In this document: positions 17,314-25,961 of the stretch, in pieces | Position numbering within the stretch: position 1 is the stretch's first letter | Layout: every line of letters starts with the position of its first letter | From: Candidatus Saccharimonadota bacterium | Lineage (GTDB): Bacteria > Bacillota_I > Bacilli_A > Mycoplasmatales > Hepatoplasmataceae | Direction of reading: 5' to 3' | DNA: 32,000 nt | NCBI GenBank assembly: GCA_027925225.1 | Contig: AP027131.1 | Span: 60,001-92,000 of the forward strand | Position numbers and translations under genes: made by a program | The notes under the pieces: model-generated | The model's database searches: none | Told to the model about the DNA's origin: nothing | The model's input: the letters and a program-made list of their open reading frames with translations, nothing else

Positions 17314-20300
17314 TTTTTTTTATTACTATAAATATCAATTAATCAAAACCTCCTATAAATATTTCTCATACTATATTGTGTATTCATCTGCTTATAAATA
17401 TCAATTAACCAAAACATAAACAAAAATGCCACCACTCTTAATATAGTATTCATCTGCTTATAAATATCAATTAACCAAAACTTAAGATATACTATTTTTG
17501 GAACAACTAAAGTATTCATCTGCTTATAAATATCAATTAACCAAAACATTTCATTGACCTAGAAGAAGCACGCTTAAGTATTCATCTGCTTATAAATATC
17601 AATTAACCAAAATGATGAGTTTGTTGTTAATACATTAGTATTTGTATTCATCTGCTTATAAATATCAATTAACCAAAACCAAATGGGGCATACCATCCAA
17701 TTATGCTGGGTATTCATCTGCTTATAAATATCAATTAACCAAAACGTCCAGACAGTAGATTACAGAGACCTGAATGTATTCATCTGCTTATAAATATCAA
17801 TTAACCAAAACAGTTTATCATATGTGTTTATTTCGTAGAAAGTATTCATCTGCTTATAAATATCAATTAACCAAAACTATAAAAAATATCATAAATAGTA
17901 TAATATTGTATTCATCTGCTTATAAATATCAATTAACCAAAACACACTCATTTATTTTTATTTTTAATTCTTTGTATTCATCTGCTTATAAATATCAATT
18001 AACCAAAACCCCCCCCTTTTCTGCCTTTTGTGGAACGTATTCATCTGCTTATAAATATCAATTAACCAAAACATCTTCTTCAGATAATCTGATATTAAAG
18101 CCGTATTCATCTGCTTATAAATATCAATTAACCAAAACAAATACTTAAATTGGCTCATATTATTCAAAGTATTCATCTGCTTATAAATATCAATTAACCA
18201 AAACACCAAAAAACATCAGCAGAGAGCGCATATTGTATTCATCTGCTTATAAATATCAATTAACCAAAACAAGAAGATTTATTTAAAAATGTACAAAAAG
18301 GTATTCATCTGCTTATAAATATCAATTAACCAAAACGTGTTTAGGGTCTATATTAAAAGAAAAAATGTATTCATCTGCTTATAAATATCAATTAACCAAA
18401 ACGTGGATTATTTGAAGAATTATATTATGAAAGTATTCATCTGCTTATAAATATCAATTAACCAAAACCCCCTATGGTCTGCCTTATGTGGAACTAGGGT
18501 ATTCATCTGCTTATAAATATCAATTAACCAAAACGTTTAACTAGCAGTAGGGGGGTCTTTTATGGTATTCATCTGCTTATAAATATCAATTAACCAAAAC
18601 TAGGTGGATAAACTAATAGGGTGGATTGAAGTATTCATCTGCTTATAAATATCAATTAACCAAAACTTAACAAGAGATTTATACATTTCTTTAATTGTAT
18701 TCATCTGCTTATAAATATCAATTAACCAAAACGAGAAAACTATACTGATTTTTATATTTCTAGTATTCATCTGCTTATAAATATCAATTAACCAAAACTA
18801 TGTAGGGTTATTGCTTAAATAATAACTAGTATTCATCTGCTTATAAATATCAATTAACCAAAACATAATTCTTGCTCTGTCTCTGTAATTTCTCGTATTC
18901 ATCTGCTTATAAATATCAATTAACCAAAACGTTATCTCTTAGAAATGTTTACCCAATTTAGTATTCATCTGCTTATAAATATCAATTAACCAAAACAATT
19001 TTGAAGATGCTCCTAATTATTTAGATGTATTCATCTGCTTATAAATATCAATTAACCAAAACTATGTGGGATTATTGCTTAAATAATAACTAGTATTCAT
19101 CTGCTTATAAATATCAATTAACCAAAACGAATTCCACCAAGCATTAAATCAAATACACGTATTCATCTGCTTATAAATATCAATTAACCAAAACCTAAGG
19201 TGTCTGCCACTCACCTATTTATTTGTATTCATCTGCTTATAAATATCAATTAACCAAAACACTCTTAAATTAATATCACTTAAATCATTAGTATTCATCT
19301 GCTTATAAATATCAATTAACCAAAACACTCATATTAATCATTTACTTGTGGACAGAGTATTCATCTGCTTATAAATATCAATTAACCAAAACGATCAATG
19401 GGAACTGGAAAAGATTTACTTAGTATTCATCTGCTTATAAATATCAATTAACCAAAACAACTCTTTCATGTTTATGATAAATCAACCTGTATTCATCTGC
19501 TTATAAATATCAATTAACCAAAACACCATCAGGAAACCCAACAACAGGATCAGTGTATTCATCTGCTTATAAATATCAATTAACCAAAACTAATGCTAGC
19601 ATCATAAGAAGAAGAATATTGTATTCATCTGCTTATAAATATCAATTAACCAAAACGTTCTCAATACTTTAATTCTTAAATTTATAGTATTCATCTGCTT
19701 ATAAATATCAATTAACCAAAACTAATACCAGCATCATAAGAAGAAGAATATTGTATTCATCTGCTTATAAATATCAATTAACCAAAACGGTTGGTGGTCA
19801 CTATATGTAGTATCCAATGTATTCATCTGCTTATAAATATCAATTAACCAAAACTATTTTTTATTCAACAATATAAACATATTAGTATTCATCTGCTTAT
19901 AAATATCAATTAACCAAAACGAAAGAATTAATAAATTTAAGAGCATAAAAGTATTCATCTGCTTATAAATATCAATTAACCAAAACTTAGTTTAACCACC
20001 TATCAAGTAGTAGTTCGTATTCATCTGCTTATAAATATCAATTAACCAAAACGTAAGGGATTTGTTGAGCATGGTTTTGTTAGTATTCATCTGCTTATAA
20101 ATATCAATTAACCAAAACTCTATCTTAGATAAATCAAGTTCTTTTAAAGTATTCATCTGCTTATAAATATCAATTAACCAAAACGGGTCATTCTAAAAGA
20201 AAAAAATAAATGAAGTATTCATCTGCTTATAAATATCAATTAACCAAAACTTGCCTCTTTTATCTTTTATACCACTATGAGTATTCATCTGCTTATAAAT

Positions 20301-20316
20301 ATCAATTAACCAAAAC
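17314..20316 (-). CRISPR. CRISPR array: 45 full 36-nt repeats plus 1 degenerate terminal repeat, and 45 spacers (44 of 30 nt, 1 of 27 nt)
   Basis: The plus-strand repeat is GTATTCATCTGCTTATAAATATCAATTAACCAAAAC, and the minus-strand sense is GTTTTGGTTAATTGATATTTATAAGCAGATGAATAC. Repeat starts at 17380, 17446 ... 20281 were checked one by one. The period is 66 nt except 17974 to 18037 (63 nt). The degenerate repeat at 17314-17349 marks the trailer end. Transcription direction is inferred from the GTTTT start, the cas9 strand and the tracrRNA polarity. Confidence 0.97.
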
Positions 20317-20324
20317 ACCTTAAA

Positions 20325-20330
20325 ATTATA
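20325..20330 (-). promoter_or_regulatory. Candidate -10 box (TATAAT) in the 32-nt leader between the cas9 stop and the first repeat
   Basis: The minus strand reads AATGAGACTTTTTTTTATTATAATTTTAAGGT and then the repeat. The TATAAT lies about 8 nt before the first repeat. No convincing -35 element. Confidence 0.3.
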
Positions 20331-20348
20331 ATAAAAAAAAGTCTCATT

Positions 20349-23300
20349 TTATGAGATTTTTCCAAGTAAGTTTATATTTAAAATATTTATTTTTTTAATT
20401 ATATTTTTAGAATATTGTGGTCAATAATTAAAATTTTTATTAAATTTAATTGCATTTCCATAATATAAATTAGGATGTGAAATTAATAAAACCCTTGCAT
20501 TACTAGCAACTCCATTATATTTATAAATTTCAAATTCATTATTAATTTTAAAAATTACATTTCTATTAATTAATGTTTTAATTTTTCCTTCATTAACTTG
20601 ATGTTTAAATATTGCTTCTAATTTAAAATTTTCATTAAATCTAAAACCATAATATGATCTTATATCTCAAATATTATTTTTATTATCTTTTATAAAACCT
20701 TTTTTTAATTTTCCTTCTTCAAAAGAATCTTTATGATTAACTGGATTTTCACTTCCTAAGAAGTTTCCTCTTACTTTTTTGTTTATTTTATAAGAAACAA
20801 TTGGATAATCTCTTTCAGATTTATTATTTAATTTTGCCCAATCTTTTATATCAATTATTTTTTCAAATTTTGGTTCTAAAAAAGTTTTCTTTTTTATTTC
20901 TTTTTCCTCTTCGATTAATTTTATTGGAATTAAATTATTTACTATTTTAGGAAAATTTTTTATTAATGGTTTTATGCTTTTTGAAGCAAAATTATTTTTA
21001 TAAATACTAACTCTTATTAATTTATCAAGATTTGAAGCATAATTTATTAATGAATTTGAACTTATTGTAATTACATTTTCAAAAAAATCATTTTTATATT
21101 CTTTATTAAAGTTATTTTTTCTAAGCTGTTCAATAATTACTTTTTTCTGTTTTTCTAAGTTTTCATATATTTCATTTTTTGTTAATATATTGTTTTTTTT
21201 ATATTCATCAATTAATCAATTGTAATAATCAAAAATTCTAATAATTGATTGATAAAATTCAATATGTTGTTTTGAAATCATATTTATTAAAATCATTGCA
21301 TCAACCGCGTGATGGAATGGACTTATATCTCTTGGTTTACTTTCATGTCCTCAAAGACTTCCATCATATTCAAATGGTTTAAGTCAAAGCTTTCTAAATT
21401 TAGATGTTATTCCACCTTGAACAGTTAATATTTCTGGTTTTTTTTCTTTTGTTATTTTTGAAAATCTGTCAAACTCCAAATCAAAATATCCTTGAATGTA
21501 TTTTGTTATATAACGAGTATCATTGATATTTCTTGATTCAAAACCAGATTCAATTGATCTATTTATATTTTCTTTTAATAAATATTCTAGTTTAGTTGTA
21601 TTTTTATTTTTATAGAATTTAATTATTTCTTTTTTTCAATTTTCAATTTTTTTCTTTTCTATTCCGTTTTTTTCAAAGTAATCAAGAGGTGTTAAATTTT
21701 TTTTTAAATTATTATCTTTTTTTGTAGTAATAATTTTATTATTATTTGTATTGTCATTATATTGTGAATAGGGAATAATATGATCAACATCATAATTTAT
21801 TCTATTAACAAAAAAATCTTTTAAAAGAATTTTTTCTTTAAGATTAATATCATAAATATTTATTGCATAATCTTCTTTTATTGCATCTTTTGTAATTTGT
21901 TGTTGCTTAAAGAGAAAATAATTACTTATATTTGTTGGGCTTGGATTTATTCCATTTTTTATTAATATTTCTTCAGCTTTTTTTCTTCCTTCTTCGTTTT
22001 TATCTTGTCTTGCTTTAACATCTTTTCTAACTTTCTCTTCCGCATAAAGATCTTTTGCAACTTCAATTATTATTTTGTCAAATTTATTAAATTTTTCAAA
22101 TAATTTTCTTACAACTTTTCTTGTTTGATTTATTGACCTAAAAACAACAGCATTTTTTACCATGTCTGGATCATTTATTCTTTTTAAAAATTCATCTTTT
22201 GTTAATTTAAATTTTTTTATTTTTTCTTCATTATTTTTTTTATTTAATTCACTTTCATATTTCTGTCTTAAAATACCATTATTAATTTGTTTTGAAAGAG
22301 AATCTAAAATAAATTTTGAAGAAGTGTTTAATGTTTTGTGTCCTTTTGTTATTCATTTTTCATTTTTCCTTAATCAATCGTACCCATCATTTTTATCTTT
22401 AAAAAAATCATCTATTTTTATTAATGCATTTTTTAATTTTTCTGGAGTTTTTATTTCTGAAAGAGTTTTGCCAATTTTATTAATTTTATTTGTAGTTATT
22501 GTTGATAAATTTTCTAAATTAATTTTTTTAATATGCTCTTTTAAAAATAAATTATTATCTTTTATTGAATTAAATTTAACTAAAAATAATTGTGCGTTTT
22601 CAAAACTAATTCCATCCATTTTTGGAATTTCAAGATTATTTTCTTTTAATAAATCTGTTACAAAATTTCTTTTAAATTCAATTTTGTCAAAATAATTTAA
22701 AATTATTTTTTTTGTTAAATTTTTAATTAATTCTTCTGTTAAATTATTTTCTTTATTACTTTTTTCATTTTCTAAAATTTTTGAAAATAATTTAGAAGTT
22801 TCACTTGTTATAAAAGAGAGATCACCTTCTATTGAAAAATTAGAAATTCTTTTTTCATTTGGATAGAATTGGCAATTTCCTATCATAGCTGTAAAAGGTT
22901 CATAAAAAAAACTTTTTGAATCTTTTTTCATTTTATTTTTTCAATTTTCAAGAATTTCTTTATCTTTTGGACCTGGCCCATCTTCAAAAAAACGTTGTCT
23001 AAAAATTGTATTTTTTATTTTTGTTTTTAGATTATCAAATATAGGATTAAATTCTATTTGTTTTTCTATTAGTGCTATATATTCTCTTTCATAATCTTCT
23101 CTTTTAAACAATAATTGGTGTTCTTCATAAAATTTTATTTTTTCTTTTTCTAATTCAGTTTTTTCTTTTTTTCCAAGAATATCCTTATTTATTTTTTTAC
23201 TACGATACATAAATTTTTCAGGTTGATCAAAAGAAAAGTGTTTATCTTCTATAATAGCTTTTATTGGATAATTATATTTTTCAATTAATCCTTTAGCTCT

Positions 23301-23798
23301 TTCTAAAGAATTTCTATCATCCTTGTCTTGAGTAGAATTTGGAATAATAAAAGCATTATTATATCCCCTTCTTTTAGCAATGTGCACTAAAGCAATAAGT
23401 AATTGAAGATTTGTTAATTTCTCATTTAATCCTTTATAACGGAGTAATAGTGGATTAATATTTTTATTATTAGAATACTCACCTTTTTCTTTAGTTTTTT
23501 TAATGTGTTCTTCATATTCTTCTTTTGTTATTAAATTATTGCTGTAAAATATTTTTTTTAAATCTTCTATTCTTTGCTTTCTTCTATCTGTTAATCTTCT
23601 TTGAGATCTAAAACCTCTTCTTTTATAAGCATTTGTCTCAAGGGTTTTTGAATCTTCTGGTGCATCTCAAATTCTTACTCCAAAATCATCAATTTCAAGA
23701 TTTGGTTCATTATTTTCTTCATCATAAGAATATGTTCCTACTGCTCACCCTAAAGATGTAACCCCTATATCAAGTCCTAAAATTTTTTCTTTTTTCAT
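20349..23798 (-). CDS. cas9: Cas9 endonuclease, 1149 aa, catalytic motifs intact
   Basis: The ATG at 23798 gives MKKEKILGLDIGVTSLGWAVG (RuvC-I, Asp10). Also IIIEVAKD (RuvC-II), NYDVDHIIPYSQ (HNH, His codon at 21780-21782) and PFHHAVDAM (RuvC-III, 21300-21320). Track fragments 22941-23387, 22374-22931 and 21636-22163 and the C-terminal region are all in one frame, separated by TGA. TAA at 20349-20351. Confidence 0.95.
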
Positions 23799-23905
23799 TT
23801 TACTTTTAAACACTCCAATAAAATATATTTATCTCTAATTTTTATTTAAATTATAAACCTTAAAATATTTGCTCTTTTTATTTTTAGTTATTTTCTCAAA
23901 AAAAG

Positions 23906-23934
23906 TTGTCTTTTTTAAATTTACTTATTATAAT
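23906..23934 (+). promoter_or_regulatory. Sigma-70-type promoter for the tracrRNA (TTGTCT, 17 nt, TATAAT)
   Basis: TTGTCT at 23906-23911 and TATAAT at 23929-23934 with exactly 17-nt spacing. The predicted start near 23941 is 8 nt upstream of the first anti-repeat. Confidence 0.5.
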
Positions 23935-23940
23935 GAAATT

Positions 23941-24125
23941 GAACTATCTAGTTTATTTGTTTATAAATGTCAATTAACCAAAACAAAAATTCATCTGTTT
24001 ATAAATATCAATTAGCCAAGATAGTGATTTACTTGAGATTTGATTATAAATTTCAAGGGACATCTTAGGGTACCCAGGTAACCCTGTAATCCCCCTGGTT
24101 GAGCATCTTTTGATGCTCTTTTTAT
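23941..24125 (+). ncRNA. tracrRNA (primary transcript about 185 nt) with two tandem anti-repeats, stem-loops and an intrinsic terminator
   Basis: Anti-repeat A (23949-23984) and anti-repeat B (23987-24022) both align without gaps to the plus-strand repeat, so both are complementary to the crRNA repeat. A 9-bp stem follows at 24033-24056 (TTGAGATTT/AAATTTCAA), then GC-rich stems at 24067-24098 and the terminator GAGCATC-TTTT-GATGCTC plus T-run at 24101-24125. It is divergent from cas9, as in many type II loci. Confidence 0.8.
24101..24125 (+). terminator. Intrinsic terminator of the tracrRNA
   Basis: A perfect 7-bp stem GAGCATC/GATGCTC with loop TTTT, followed by TTTTTATTTT. Confidence 0.75.
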
Positions 24126-24126
24126 T

Positions 24127-24816
24127 TTATTTATTTTTTAACTTTTTGTTTAATAATAGACTTTTTTTCAAAAAAACTATAAATAAAATAATAGAGCTTA
24201 AACCAATAATTGCATTTCTTTCAAAAATTAGAAATGCTTCTTTTGACATTCCTGGAGAAATACATAACAAAGAAATCATAAAAATAAAACTCATAACAAT
24301 TAAAAAAGCAATTATTAAATAATAGACTTTTATTTGTTTAAATTTAAAAAAAGAAATTATCGATAAAGATGCAATGCTAAATAATATCGAAAAAACCCAA
24401 GCAAGAATTACTTCTTTAAATTGGCTATCATTGTTATACGATCCTTTAAAAGTTATAAGTATTGAAGAAAGTAAAATAAGATGAAAAATAATAAAAATTA
24501 ATGAAATTACAAATGCTTTAAGATTTCTTTTTTCTTTGAATAAATTAAGTTTTTCCAAAAATATATATGTGTATGTAAAAAACAAAGTAAATCATATATT
24601 TAAAAGTAATAAAACATACATTCATTTATCTCTTATTAGAATAAAATTATCTTCATTATTTTTATCAGCAAAAGTAGCAAGTGTTTTTATATTAAAATAA
24701 AATGTCATTAAAAGTAAAAATGATGAAACAAAAAGGATTAAATTTTTTATGCAAAATGTTTTTTTAAAATAAAAAAACATAATACTAAAATTTTCTTTTA
24801 ATTTCTTATTATTCAT
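24127..24816 (-). CDS. Hypothetical multi-pass membrane protein (229 aa)
   Basis: Track ORFs 24622-24816 and 24127-24585 are in frame, joined through two TGA codons. Hydrophobic throughout. No family recognised. Confidence 0.55.
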
Positions 24817-24940
24817 AACTTAATTTTAAATAAAGTTTATCTCAACTGAAATTATCTTTATTTTTATTTAAAAATGTTTTAATAATTTTTATATTTTAAT
24901 TATTCTCTTTTAAAAATAAAAAATAAACACCATAATAGTG

Positions 24941-24967
24941 TTGATTTTAGTATCTTCATGTTATAAT
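24941..24967 (+). promoter_or_regulatory. Candidate str-operon promoter (TTGATT ... TGtTATAAT)
   Basis: TTGATT at 24941-24946 and an extended -10 TGTTATAAT at 24959-24967. The -35/-10 spacing is 15 nt. It lies about 65 nt upstream of rpsL. Confidence 0.4.
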
Positions 24968-25030
24968 AAAAAATGTGATTAAAATTTAATCATTTTTGGA
25001 TTTTAATATATTTTAAAAGAAGGAAAAAAT

Positions 25031-25447
25031 ATGCCAACAATTAATCAATTAGTAACGCATGGGAGAGAAAAGAAAGTTAAAAAATCTAAAGCTCCTGCTT
25101 TACAAACAAGAAAAAATATTTTAAAAAATAAGGAAATAAAAAAATCTTCTCCTCAAATGAGAGGGGTTGCAGTTAAGGTTGCAACAATGACACCTAAAAA
25201 GCCTAATTCTGCTTTAAGAAAATATGCAAAGATAAGACTTTCAAATGGTCAAGAAGTCAATGCATATATTCCGGGTGAAAAACATAATTTACAAGAACAC
25301 TCAGTTGTTTTAATAAAGGGAGGAAGAATAAAAGACCTTCCGGGTATTAGATATAGAATTATTAGAGGTACTTTAGATACTACTGGTGTAGAAAGCAGAA
25401 GACAATCTCGTTCACTTTATGGAGCAAAAAGACCTAAAAAGAAATAA
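25031..25447 (+). CDS. rpsL: 30S ribosomal protein S12
   Basis: MPTINQLV...[10 protein letters not shown]...[17 protein letters not shown] upstream. Confidence 0.97.
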   Translation: MPTINQLVTHGREKKVKKSKAPALQTRKNILKNKEIKKSSPQMRGVAVKVATMTPKKPNSALRKYAKIRLSNGQEVNAYIPGEKHNLQEHSVVLIKGGRIKDLPGIRYRIIRGTLDTTGVESRRQSRSLYGAKRPKKK

Positions 25448-25458
25448 GGAGTTAGATA

Positions 25459-25935
25459 ATGTCAAGAAAAAAACAAATTTATGATAATAAAAAAAGAATT
25501 CAACCAGATCCAGTATATAAATCTGAAGTTATTACTAAATTAATAAATAATATAATGCTAGATGGAAAAAGAGGAATTGCTCAAAAAATTCTTTATAGTG
25601 CTTTTGAAATTGTTGAAAAAGAAACAAATGAAAAAGCTATAGATGTTTTCAATAAAGCATTAGATAATGTTATGCCAACACTTGAACTTAAAGTTCGTAG
25701 AGTTGGTGGATCAAATTATCAAATTCCAATAGAAGTAAGTGAAAAAAGAAGAAAAATTTTAGGTCTTCGTTGAATGGTTCAATATTCAAGAAAAAGAAAT
25801 GAAAAAACAATGGAGCTTAGACTTGCAAAAGAAATAATTGATGCTTCTAATAATGTTGGAAGTTCAGTTAAAAAGAAAGACGATACACATAAAATGGCTG
25901 AAGCAAATAGAGCGTTTGCACATTTTAGATGATAA
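25459..25935 (+). CDS. rpsG: 30S ribosomal protein S7 (158 aa)
   Basis: MSRKKQ...[28 protein letters not shown]. In-frame TGAs restore the S7 C-terminus, ...[13 protein letters not shown] at 25933-25935. Confidence 0.95.
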
Positions 25936-25961
25936 TTTTTATTTAAGGAAATGCATTAACT

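Noticed and set aside
17164-17325. A possible small hydrophobic ORF (GTG at 17164, about 52 codons) in the gap between the repeat debris and the array
   Set aside because: The SD is weak and the sequence is extremely AT-rich and low-complexity. It runs into the degenerate terminal repeat. There is no supporting feature.
17343-18209. Track ORFs 17343-17549 (-), 17774-18148 (+) and 17964-18209 (-), with repetitive peptides such as FWLIDIYKQMNT and YSSAYKYQLTKT
   Set aside because: They are translations of the CRISPR repeats. The periodic 66-nt repeat-spacer structure explains them completely.
17380-20316. Repeat-internal promoters (TGATATTTATAAG on the sense strand), as in type II-C arrays
   Set aside because: The match to an extended -10 is poor: there is no TG at the right distance from TATAAG, and TATTTA lacks the key final T. 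Such motifs arise by chance in AT-rich sequence. It is kept only as a test suggestion under the leader finding.
22162-22695. Track ORF 22162-22695 (+), 177 aa
   Set aside because: It is antisense to the cas9 coding region, with low-complexity F/L/S-rich sequence typical of the reverse strand of an AT-rich gene. The cas9 frame is conserved and continuous here.
24110-24322. Track ORF 24110-24322 (+), 70 aa
   Set aside because: It starts inside the tracrRNA terminator and runs antisense to the 229-aa membrane protein gene. No SD.
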